In this document: piece by piece, positions 10,190-19,269 of the stretch
Numbering within the stretch: the first letter of the stretch is position 1
Layout: each line of letters opens with the position of its first letter
NCBI GenBank assembly: GCA_049694315.1
Contig: JBAVQU010000015.1
Location: 53,712-117,711 of the forward strand
DNA from: Candidatus Zixiibacteriota bacterium
Lineage (GTDB): Bacteria; Zixibacteria; MSB-5A5; SM1-73
DNA length: 64,000 nt
Direction of reading: 5' to 3'
Program-made: the position numbers and the translations under genes
The notes under the pieces: model-generated
What the model was told of the DNA's origin: nothing
The model's input: only the letters and a program-made list of their open reading frames with translations
The model's database searches: none

Positions 10190-10498
10190 TTTTCTCCTTT
10201 TTGAGAAAACTGGTTTAGTTTTCTCTTGGTTTTTTTGTGTGTCTTTGCTATATTGAGTTTGACGCACTTTAATAGCTTTTGATACTAGCTAACAAATGTG
10301 CGTTTTGGTTCTTTATGGGCTCGGTGGAGCTCGACAAGAGTGTGCGGAAAAATAGTCCGGTGGGAATGTGAAAATTCCCTTTCGTCGCCTGACGATCTCA
10401 GAGTATTTTTTCGCCTGACCCCGATAGTTGCAGCTACCGGGGTCTCTTTGTTTTAACTTTGTTTTTCTCTTCATCTTCGTCTCATGTCTTCCCGACAA

Positions 10499-10531
10499 GG
10501 AAAAAACCGCTCACGCCGATTTGAGCGGTTT
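10499..10531. terminator. Intrinsic terminator-like hairpin flanked by T/A runs (could act bidirectionally)
   Basis: AAAAAACCGCTCACGCCGATTTGAGCGGTTTTATT: a 10-bp stem with a T-run on the plus strand and an A-run upstream. Confidence 0.45.
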
Positions 10532-11083
10532 TATTCTCTAAAATCGATAGTTAGCCAGACCGCTCAAACGGTCTCGTCTGAGTTGTAGCTCATACTACTG
10601 TCCTGCCGATTCGCTTCCATGCCTAAGCGCAAGCAGATTCCCCTCACCTTCTTGGCAGGACTCGTAAGCTACACGTCCGTCTAACTTATATTACGTCCTG
10701 CTTGCGCTGCTTTCCTTCCATTCCAATAACAGCCCTTTACTTTGTAATTTAGACTAATATCGCAAAAAGTCAAGAAGAATTTTTTACGTGCCAGCCCCTC
10801 CTCTAGGGGGTAAAATCAACCCTGAAGTGAAATTGATCCTGTTTCTAATGGAAAAAGGGAAATATGGTGATGATATCCCAGCTTAATAAGTTGGATACAC
10901 CCTCAAGCCAGCGGAGATTAAGAAGATCATTTAGGCTTGCGGAAACTTCGGGGATACATGCATCCTGAAGGCTTTTGCCTAGACTTGTATCCAGACAGAC
11001 GAAATTTCCAACACGGATATCCATGACCTTAATTTTGACAAGAACCCCTTCCAGGTGAAGGAAAGAATGGGAAACAGTCCCAT

Positions 11084-13099
11084 TTAGTCTGTCATCTCCA
11101 GTTTTATTCCGGCTAAGACTTTTCTGCCGGGGTTGGGGTAATCCAAATCCGAGATCGAGTTTCCAAACTGGGTGGGAGTGTTATCATCAAAAAGATTATT
11201 CACTTTCAAGAAGAGGGTTAGCCTTTTGATCTTCTGATTAAGATTGACGTCAAGGTTAGCGAAAGACCTGATCTTCTTGGTCACATACCTTATTTCCGGA
11301 TAGAAGGAATAATCCGGATAATAGTTCAGTTTTTCACTGCGGCAATTGAATGCCAGTTGAGCGGAAAACGATGAGAAGATTTTTAGATTCAAATTCACAT
11401 TGAGGCTATTTTCAGGCAGAAAACGTGCCTTTTTTTTCAACTCTTCAAATCTCGTCTCCCCGGAAAAGAAGTCGTCATAGACCAATTCCTTTTTAGTCTC
11501 CTCTCCCCTGTTATAGGAGTAGTTCACCGCAAAATCGAAACGCTTGGAGATTCTGTAGTCCAATTCCAATTCTGCTCCCGAGGAGCTGAACCGATCCAGA
11601 TTGAAAGGCTGCCATAATCCGTTTTGACCTAATGGCTGCCAGGAGATCATGTCTTTCACCTCTCGATAAAAGAAGAAGACCTGAGAAGAGATTTTCCTGC
11701 CGGCAAAAACCAAACCACTTTCAAGACTTCCCCCCTTTTCCGGTCTTAAGTCCTTATTCCCCCCTTCAGGCCAGTAAAGGTCGTTGAAGGTCGGGGCGCG
11801 ATAGGCTTTTCCGTAGTTCAGTTTTAGCGAAAAACCATCGCTCAGATGATAGATCCAGCCTAAGTTCGGAGAGAGCATTTTTTCGAAATTACTGGGCAGG
11901 TCATATCTGGAGCCAAGCTGAAAGGTGAATTTCCCTAAATTCAATGAGAAATTTCCCCAGAGTCCTAAAGTATTGGAATTCGGATTCCAGGAAAAACTCG
12001 AACTGGTCTGTGAGGTCACATAAGAGGATTTCCTTTGGGCTTCAAGGTGGTCTATCGAGAAATCCAGGCCGAAAGTGATTCGGCTTCTCTCCTTGAGCAC
12101 AGAGGAATACTGCATGAATCCGCCCAGGCTCTTGGTCAGGTAAGAGTACACTTCGTCTACTTCTCCGGAGAAATCGTATCTGGTCGAATAGTCCATCCTC
12201 CTTCGGTCAAAGAAAAGTCGGGTTAAGACCTCCCGGGATTTTTCCGCAGATTGGAGATGGAAAGCCAAATCTAGGGAATAGTTCTTATCCTTCTGATGGT
12301 CGAAGAGGGAAGAGACCGAAGAGCTGCCAAACTTCGGGATATTCAAAGGGTCAGGCGCAGGTCCGGGTAGACCTAAATCATCCTTCTGTGTCGACAAGTA
12401 GAGTTTCAGATCGGCGTTGGAAGTGAAGCGATAAAGAAGGGTCGAATGAGAGAATAAGGCTGAATAATCCGAGTTTTCTCTGTTGCCGCCAGTCTGCTTT
12501 CTTTCCAGACCCGAGTCAAACCTGAGATTCTTGATTCCTGAGGCAAAATCCAGAGTGGAGATTACAGTTTTCTCATCCCCATATAGAATGGAAGAGGAGA
12601 GGCTGTTTCTCAAGGGAAGAGTGGGAATCAGGTTGACCACCCCACCCAAGGCATTGGCTCCGTACAGAGAGGAAAGAGGACCACGGACGATCTCCACTTT
12701 TTCCAGATTACCCAACGAGAAGTCGCTTAAGTTGAAAATGCCGTTGGTGAGGTAGTTCAACCTTCTCCCGTCTAACAAGAACAACACCTGTGAAGAGGAG
12801 CAACCTCTCAGACTGAGAGTCTGCACCTGGCCTAAGGAGCCGGAAGAGTTCATTTCTGCGCAGGAGAAATTCCGTAGAGCCTCACCCAAAGAGAGAGAAT
12901 TGAAGCTCTTTAGCTTGGAGTAAGCCAGTAGAGTGGAATGCGTGGGAATATTCTTAAGATGCTCCGGATACCGGGTAGCAGTCACAAAGACGGGCTCACC
13001 CAAATAGATTCTTCCGGTGGTGGAGAGTTCAGATGTTTCCTCCGCCCGTGCTCCAATCGCGAGAAGCAAACCGAGACACAGAACAAAGACCTGTCTCAT
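11084..13099 (-). CDS. TonB-dependent outer-membrane receptor
   Basis: Signal peptide, plug-domain motifs (VEIVRGPLSSLYGANALGGVVNLI) and a long beta-barrel region, 671 aa. Confidence 0.8.
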   Translation of the reverse strand: MRQVFVLCLGLLLAIGARAEETSELSTTGRIYLGEPVFVTATRYPEHLKNIPTHSTLLAYSKLKSFNSLSLGEALRNFSCAEMNSSGSLGQVQTLSLRGCSSSQVLFLLDGRRLNYLTNGIFNLSDFSLGNLEKVEIVRGPLSSLYGANALGGVVNLIPTLPLRNSLSSSILYGDEKTVISTLDFASGIKNLRFDSGLERKQTGGNRENSDYSALFSHSTLLYRFTSNADLKLYLSTQKDDLGLPGPAPDPLNIPKFGSSSVSSLFDHQKDKNYSLDLAFHLQSAEKSREVLTRLFFDRRRMDYSTRYDFSGEVDEVYSYLTKSLGGFMQYSSVLKERSRITFGLDFSIDHLEAQRKSSYVTSQTSSSFSWNPNSNTLGLWGNFSLNLGKFTFQLGSRYDLPSNFEKMLSPNLGWIYHLSDGFSLKLNYGKAYRAPTFNDLYWPEGGNKDLRPEKGGSLESGLVFAGRKISSQVFFFYREVKDMISWQPLGQNGLWQPFNLDRFSSSGAELELDYRISKRFDFAVNYSYNRGEETKKELVYDDFFSGETRFEELKKKARFLPENSLNVNLNLKIFSSFSAQLAFNCRSEKLNYYPDYSFYPEIRYVTKKIRSFANLDVNLNQKIKRLTLFLKVNNLFDDNTPTQFGNSISDLDYPNPGRKVLAGIKLEMTD

Positions 13100-13873
13100 T
13101 TCTCACTCCTTAGTTTTAAGGGTTCAAAGACTCAGAAGTTCAAATGCCATAAGAACAATACTGCGCGAAAAAAACAAAACCCAGCTTCACGGCGAAGCTG
13201 GGTGAAATGCTATTTCCCAAAGACCTCTTCCCGCGAAGAGCAATGGAATATGAGTGTTAGGGCAATTCACGAATTGCCCCACCGTTAGACCTAATTCCTA
13301 AATCAAGCCTAACTTACACGAATTCGATTTGATCGGTCTCCTGACTTTATGGCTTCGAACCTACTCGCTTCCCTTCCCGTCCCCCGGTTGGTTATTGGTT
13401 CGTGGTTCATGGTTCGTGGTTAAAAGCTTTCACCACGAACTACGAACTCCGAGCCACCAACCATCCCGCCTTCGGCGGAATAGAACAGTGGTTATTGAAG
13501 CTTTCGTAGCCACTTACAGTAGCGGGGCTGTGGCGGATTTTCACCGCCTTCCCTTTACCCCATTTGGGGCATCAAATCGCTGTTGGTTTTGTCAGAGATC
13601 AAATTCAACTACATTATGTCTGATCCAATATTTGAAGTCAAGAGAAAAACCATTTTCTTCTCAGGTCGTGGCGTCTTTTTCTGTCATCCTGAGGGAATCC
13701 CGCCTTTTGCAGGACCAAAGGTGAAACGTAAACCGTCCCTTCTTGGTCAAGCTGAAGCTTGACACTCCAAAAACCTTTCCTTGTTTACCTCTGAGAGCTC
13801 CTTTTGTAGTTGCCCAATTCATTGGGCGATTTTCCACTCGATAAGCAGACGCTCCCGTCCGGGAATCGAACAA

Positions 13874-14866
13874 CTACAACCAGCCTTTTTCTTTATACCA
13901 TTTCACTGTCTCCACCGCGCCCCTCTGCAGATCGTATCTTGGAGCAAATCCCAAGTCGGTCTTGGCTTTGGAGACGTCCAACCCCCAGTATCTTGAGGTG
14001 ATCTCTTTTGCTTTTTGCGTGTTGAATACGGCTGTCCTTCCCAGAAGGCGAGAAAGGCTCTCTGATAAGAAAGCAAGGGCGAACACCAGGCTTTTCGGGA
14101 TTCTCAAAGGCACAGTTCTTTTCTCCAGAGACTTGGCGATGATTTCGAATGCTCGTTTCCAGGTGTAAACTCTGTCGTCTGCAATGAAGTAAGTCTGACC
14201 TGAGGCTATAGGATTCTCAGCCACCAGGATAATCCCATCTACCAGGTCATTAACGCAGACGAGACTCAGGAGGCTTTCGCCACGCCCAAACGAAATCCGG
14301 AATCCCTTATTCACCACCTGAAAAAAAGCCAACACATCCGTGTCCCTGGGTCCATATACTGCTGGAGGACGGATGATGGTTATGGGAAGTTGGGCTGAGT
14401 AGTTTGAGACTATCTTTTCTCCTTCCATCTTGCTTTCGCCGTAATGGGTGATCGGCCGACAAGGCGCAGTCTCATTCAGCGGTCGCTCAGAATGACCAGG
14501 CCCCACTGCCGCCTGGCTGCTTATGTATATGAACCTTTGCAGCCGCGGATTTTCTTCTAAACATGCCTCCACCAAATTCCTGGTTCCACCTGCATTGGCT
14601 CTGAAATACTCTTCTCTGCTTTTGGCTTTCGTAAGGCCGGCAGTGTGAAAGACCAAGTCCACATTCCTGACGGCGCTTATTAGAGAAGCTTTCTCTGCAA
14701 TGTCGCCGTAGACGTATTCCACTTCAAGACCAGAGAGCCACTGCAGGTTGCTGGTTCTTCTGACCAGGCATCTAACCCGGTAGCCTTTGTGCAGAAGCCC
14801 CTCCACCAGATGGCTTCCCACAAATCCATTTGCGCCTGTTACCAAAGCTCTTGGTTTCTCGTTCAT
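13874..14866 (-). CDS. NAD-dependent epimerase/dehydratase (extended SDR family)
   Basis: ALVTGANGFVGSHLVEGLL Rossmann motif and a YxxxK-type catalytic region, 330 aa. Confidence 0.8.
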   Translation of the reverse strand: MNEKPRALVTGANGFVGSHLVEGLLHKGYRVRCLVRRTSNLQWLSGLEVEYVYGDIAEKASLISAVRNVDLVFHTAGLTKAKSREEYFRANAGGTRNLVEACLEENPRLQRFIYISSQAAVGPGHSERPLNETAPCRPITHYGESKMEGEKIVSNYSAQLPITIIRPPAVYGPRDTDVLAFFQVVNKGFRISFGRGESLLSLVCVNDLVDGIILVAENPIASGQTYFIADDRVYTWKRAFEIIAKSLEKRTVPLRIPKSLVFALAFLSESLSRLLGRTAVFNTQKAKEITSRYWGLDVSKAKTDLGFAPRYDLQRGAVETVKWYKEKGWL

Positions 14867-15080
14867 TGGACAATCCCGGCCGGATGAATCCGGCGATTTG
14901 AGTCATCAAGGACCCGTTCAATATAACGGAAGACTGTTTCAAAGCCAATACAAACTCTTGGTCAATTCGTTCAAGTCCATCACAAGAAAAAACCTTTGGT
15001 GCGTTTACACCAAAGGTCAAACAAAAAGAAAATCGCCATAGAGGACTATGGCCGTCTCCAGGAAATTCAGAAATCAACGC

Positions 15081-15224
15081 CTATTTCTTCTCTTCCTTCA
15101 TCCTTCTGACGCTATTGGACAGGCATTTGGGGCAGGCGCGCTCGATTAAAGGTGCTTTGGGATCAAAGGGCATCTTGAATTCATGTCCACAACGTAGGCA
15201 TTTAAAATTCGCTTCTTCTGGCAT
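15081..15224 (-). CDS. FmdB-family zinc-ribbon protein
   Basis: MPEEANFKCLRCGHEF...CPKCLS: two CxxC pairs. The start is taken at the internal Met of the track ORF. Confidence 0.45.
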   Translation of the reverse strand: MPEEANFKCLRCGHEFKMPFDPKAPLIERACPKCLSNSVRRMKEEKK

Positions 15225-15394
15225 ATAACTCTCTCCAATTATCACACGTAGCCAAGCCTTCACGGCCTGGGATCGAGCCGAGGGATGAACCCTCGGCTAC
15301 GCGCTACATTATTATGATGTTAAACTCTCCCCCTCACCCTATCCCTCTCCCCCAAGGGGAGAGGGTAACAAATCCTCGCTTGTCTATATTATAC

Positions 15395-17923
15395 TCACAC
15401 CACTGCCTTTTCCAACTTCGCTTTGTCCGCTTCCAGCTTGGCTCTTCTTTTTTCTCCTTTGAATTTGAGATCCGCCAGCGCTTTCTTGGTAAACTCTACC
15501 TCCTCTTTTGTGACTCTCTTCCTCATCTCCTCAACTTCTTTCATCACCTTAGCGAACTTCTGTCCTTCTGCCGCGCTGATCCACTCCAGTTGAAGTCTTT
15601 CCGGTCTTATTCCCATCTTCTCTAATTTATCCCACAGCTTCTCTACTCTTTTCACTGTCCAGCGATTCGCATCGATATAATGGCAATCCGCAAAATGACA
15701 GCCGGAAACCAAAACTATGGGAGCTCCCAGCTTGAAAGCATAGAGCACGAATTCCTCATCCACCCTGCCGGAACACATGGTTTTGATGATCCTCTGATTG
15801 GGAGGATACTGCAAACGGGATATTCCAGCCATGTCCCCTCCTGCATAGGAGCACCAGTTGCAGGCAAACACCACCGTCTTATCCTGAGGATTCTCGTCTA
15901 AGATGGCCTCTATCTGAGCGAGGATTTGGCTGTCCTTGAAGTGTCGCATGGTGACCGCGCCAAAAGGACACTCTGCTCCGCAAGTGCCGCATCCGGCACA
16001 CGCGGCTTCGATGATCTCCGCCGGTGTCTTCTTCTCCCGATCCACCAGGATACACTTGTAGGGACAGGCCCGATAACAGATCTCACAGGCAGTGCACATC
16101 TCCTTGTCCACCATTGAGGTTATCGCCTCTACCTTGATTCGATCTGCATTCAGGATGATCTCCGATCGGGCGGCAGCAGCGCCCGCTTGGGTAACGCTGT
16201 CCTTAACGTCCTTGGGGAATTCTGCACAACCCGCGTAGAAAACCCCTTTGGTGGGTGCATCCACCGGCTTTAGCTTGGGATGAGACTCCATGTAAAATCC
16301 ATCCGGGGTGCGAGAGAGGGTCAAAAGCTTCTGGATGGTGCTCCCGTCCAGTCGGGGCAAGACGCCTACGGAGAGCACCAGCATCTCCAATTCATGCTGT
16401 TCCACCTCACCGGTGGTGGTGTTCTCCACGGTGACGATCAGGTTTTTGGTCTTCGGATCCTCCATCACCTCTCCGGGCAAGCCGCGGATGTACTTGACTC
16501 CCTCCTCTTTGCTTCTCCGGTAGAGATCCTCAAACGCTTTCCCGAAGGCCCGGATATCCATGTAGAAAACTTTGATTTCGGTATCAGGATAATGGTCTTT
16601 CAAAAGGACTGAGTCCTTTATGGTGTTCATGCAGCAGATATTGCTGCAATAGCGATTGCCCCTTTTTTCGGACCTGGATCCCACACACTGAATGAACCCA
16701 ATGGTCTTGGGCGTTTTTTGATCAGCCGGACGGATGAAATGCCCCTGTGTGGCACCGCTGGCACAAATCAGGCGCTCAAATTCCATGGAGGTGATCACAT
16801 TCTCGAAGCTCCGATAGCCGTATTCATCCAGCTCCGTGGGATCATAAACATCCATTCCTGTCGCTACAATGATAGCTCCTACCTTCAGATCAATCATCTC
16901 ATCTTGCATGTCGTAGTCGATGCACTTTTTCTCACACACCTCCGAGCATTTGCCACAGGCAATGGGGTTGTTTCCTAGACAGGCATTCATGTCGATCAAA
17001 TAGGCAGAAGGGACCGCTTGAGGAAGCTGCAAGTAAATGGCTTTCCGAGAGGAAAAACCCTGTTGGAAACCATCTGGAACCGCCACCGGGCAGACCTTAG
17101 CGCATTCTCCACAGGAATTACAGTCCTTCTCCCTCACGTAGCGTGCTTTCCTTCTGACCTTCACTTCGAAATTGCCGACATAACCTTTAACCTCTTCCAC
17201 CTCGCTATAAGCCAAGAGCTTTACTCTGGGATGTCGACCGACATCCATCATTTTCGGTCCCAGAATTCATATGCTGCAATCCATGGTGGGATAGGTCTTG
17301 TCCAAAGCCGCCATGATGCCGCCGATGGATGGTTCCTTCTCCACCAGATAGACCTGAATGCCAGCATCCGCTAAGTCTAAAGAGGCTTGAATTCCCGCCA
17401 CTCCCCCACCAACGACTAATGCTGCTTTTGTAACAGGAACCGTCTTTTCGATCTGCGGCTCCAAGTATCTGACCCTGGCTACTCCCACCTTCACCATGTC
17501 CTTGGCCTTTTCTGTAGCACCCTTGCGGTCATGCAAATGTACCCAGCTGCAGTGCTCTCTTAGGTTCACCATCTCCAAGAGGTAGGGATTCACTCCCACG
17601 TCGGCCACACACGCTCGGAAGGTCGGCTCGTGCATACGAGGAGAGCAGGAAGCTACCACCACCCGATTGAGGTTGTGCTCCTTGATATACCGCTTGATCT
17701 CATTCTGTCCCGGATCAGCGCAGGTGTATTTGTTCAGAACCGACACCGCCACATCCGGCAGGGTCTCGGCGTACTTACGCACCGCCTCGCAGTCCAGCGA
17801 TCCGGCGATGTTCAAGCCGCATTCGCAGACAAACACCCCGATTCTTAGATCATTTTCCTTTCCTGGTGTTTTCTTGTCAGCCACCACATTCACCTCCTGG
17901 GCTTTGATACAAGAGCAAGTCAA
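15395..17923 (-). CDS. hdrA: Heterodisulfide reductase subunit A fused to a C-terminal MvhD domain. Selenoprotein with an in-frame TGA at 17267-17269.
   Basis: The track ORFs 17267..17923 and 15395..17251 share one frame and are separated only by the TGA. Read-through gives ...DKTYPTMDCSI-U-ILGPKMMDVGRHPRV..., the HdrA C-S-x-C/U motif. FAD motif [16 protein letters not shown]. Ferredoxin-type Cys clusters. The C-terminus [14 protein letters not shown]...SGCHFADCHY is an MvhD domain. Confidence 0.8.
17226..17263 (-). promoter_or_regulatory. Candidate bacterial SECIS hairpin downstream of the hdrA UGA
   Basis: mRNA CUGGGACCGAAAAUGAUGGAUGUCGGUCGACAUCCCAG, with apical hairpin GGAUGUC-GGUC-GACAUCC starting about 23 nt after the UGA. 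Confidence 0.55.
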
Positions 17924-18049
17924 ATTCAGAGATTCATTCAGTTCTCCGATCCAAACTTCCGAGGATAAATTGGAGTGTTCACCTTCAGGTGAACCAAGTC
18001 AAGCTGAAGCTTGACACTCCGGTAAATTCCTCTTGTGTATCTTCTAATG

Positions 18050-18481
18050 CTATGGCTCGAAAATTCTCCTTCCACCTTCCCAGCTATCCCACCATTCAAT
18101 TCTCTTTGGGTTAATCTTCAATAAGCAGAACTCCTCAGATTCGGGACCTTTCGGAAAGTGCTGGGAAATATCATAAGGAGCTAGCCCCCAGACTCTTTTC
18201 TTATGTTCCAAGTCTTTCGTAATCTCAGCTTCGCCGACTATGATGGCGGATTTGTCGCCAGACGGATGCTGGACAAAACTCAGGCAGATTTTGGGATTCT
18301 GTTTTATCTGTTTCACCTTCCTGGAGCTGGCGGAAGTCGCCACCCACACAGACATGTCATCTTCGACAATCGGAGAAACCGGGCGGACTTGCGGCTGATC
18401 GCCATCCGAAGTTGCCAAGAATGCAAAGAGACAACACTCTTTCATTATGTCGACCATTTTCTGTTTGTCAGAGGAACTCAT
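18050..18481 (-). CDS. Pyridoxamine 5'-phosphate oxidase-like FMN-binding protein
   Basis: 143 aa. The pattern (LATSDGDQPQVRPVS...VWVATSASSRKVKQIKQNPKICLSF) fits the PNPOx-like split-barrel family. Confidence 0.55.
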   Translation of the reverse strand: MSSSDKQKMVDIMKECCLFAFLATSDGDQPQVRPVSPIVEDDMSVWVATSASSRKVKQIKQNPKICLSFVQHPSGDKSAIIVGEAEITKDLEHKKRVWGLAPYDISQHFPKGPESEEFCLLKINPKRIEWWDSWEGGRRIFEP

Positions 18482-18575
18482 TCCTCACTCCTTCATTATA
18501 TTCATTATGAAAGTACCCGATTGCAACTTCTTGCGGTGACGGAGAAGTCATCCATTGTCACCAAACACTTCATGT

Positions 18576-18704
18576 CATCGCCCCAGCAAACAACGTGCTC
18601 AAATCGACAATTCTTAGTCTTAACTCCTCTGAATAGCCCTCGGCGTTCTGGGTGCAGGAGAAATGAATCTGGCATTTTGGACAGGCGGTGACCCAAACCA
18701 CTGC
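18576..18704. repeat. Direct repeat copy 1 (pseudo 3' end of the hdrD-like gene)
   Basis: About 129 bp at roughly 94% identity to 19276-19404, which are the last ~43 codons of the CDS at 19270..20400. Confidence 0.7.
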
Positions 18705-18724
18705 AACCTTTGACTTAATTGACG

Positions 18725-18934
18725 TTATTTGTGTGCAGTTGTAGATTGGTAATGAGCCACAAGCTCTCGAACTTTAGAGATAAGTTTGTTGGGAACCTCA
18801 ATGAAGGTTTGTCCCTTCTCCTCGAAAGCCGCTTCGTCTTCTGCCACCGCCTCTTCTTCAGTTTGTTGCTCGTAATGAGCTATCACCCGTCGAACGCGCT
18901 CTTCATCCCAACCTGGTGGAAATTTGCTCTTCAT
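18725..18934 (-). CDS. BrnA-like antitoxin (type II TA)
   Basis: 69 aa, acidic, downstream of and overlapping the DUF497-like toxin gene by 4 nt. That arrangement is typical of BrnT/BrnA. Confidence 0.45.
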   Translation of the reverse strand: MKSKFPPGWDEERVRRVIAHYEQQTEEEAVAEDEAAFEEKGQTFIEVPNKLISKVRELVAHYQSTTAHK

Positions 18935-19218
18935 CTCCTGAATCTCCTTCGTCTACGTCTTCTATACGCCATCAATGGTTTCCCTTTTAATTCGTACGCC
19001 GTTATGACGAATACGCTATCCGGCTCTGGATCTGGAACATAAACAACCCTAAGATATCGACCTGATTTAGTCTGCCCAATTGCTACACGTGAACCCTCAC
19101 GACCGGCCCGATCCTCACCCGACTTCATTAGGACTTCCTCAACTTCATTTTCTATGACTCCATGTTTATAAAAATGAGGCTGTCGTGTTTCTGGATCAAT
19201 ATAATAGCGTATTTGCAT
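18931..19218 (-). CDS. BrnT-like toxin (DUF497 family)
   Basis: 95 aa: MQIRYYIDPETRQPHFYKHGV..EVEEVL...RVAIGQTKSGRYLRVVYVPDPEPDSVFVITAYELKG, the DUF497 pattern. Confidence 0.5.
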   Translation of the reverse strand: MQIRYYIDPETRQPHFYKHGVIENEVEEVLMKSGEDRAGREGSRVAIGQTKSGRYLRVVYVPDPEPDSVFVITAYELKGKPLMAYRRRRRRRFRR

Positions 19219-19269
19219 AATCTTCCGTGATCAAGACGTCCTCGAAAACAACCTCAGTCATGCCCTTAT

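Noticed and set aside
10690-10760. SRP (4.5S) RNA assignment for the structured segment
   Set aside because: Only a short GGAAGGAA(A)GCAGC stretch resembles the helix-8 consensus. The surrounding sequence does not fit the small SRP RNA architecture. Reported only as a generic candidate ncRNA.
13329-13724. ORF 13329..13724 (131 aa) in the long non-coding stretch
   Set aside because: It spans the long imperfect hairpin and the UUCG hairpin. No RBS. Its composition is dominated by repeat-derived codons.
13840-13875. tRNA-like fragment (GGTTGTAGTTGTTCGATTCCCGGAC on the minus strand)
   Set aside because: It contains a TTCGATTCC T-loop-like word, but the flanking nucleotides cannot form a T-stem or acceptor stem and no D- or anticodon arm is present. 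No tRNA gene was found in the window.
15680-16612. Plus-strand ORFs (15680..15901, 15926..16117, 16280..16612, 16718..16978, 17018..17374) inside the hdrA gene
   Set aside because: They are antisense to a long, strongly supported HdrA reading frame. Their composition is Arg/Gly/His-rich, which is typical of spurious antisense ORFs in GC-moderate DNA.
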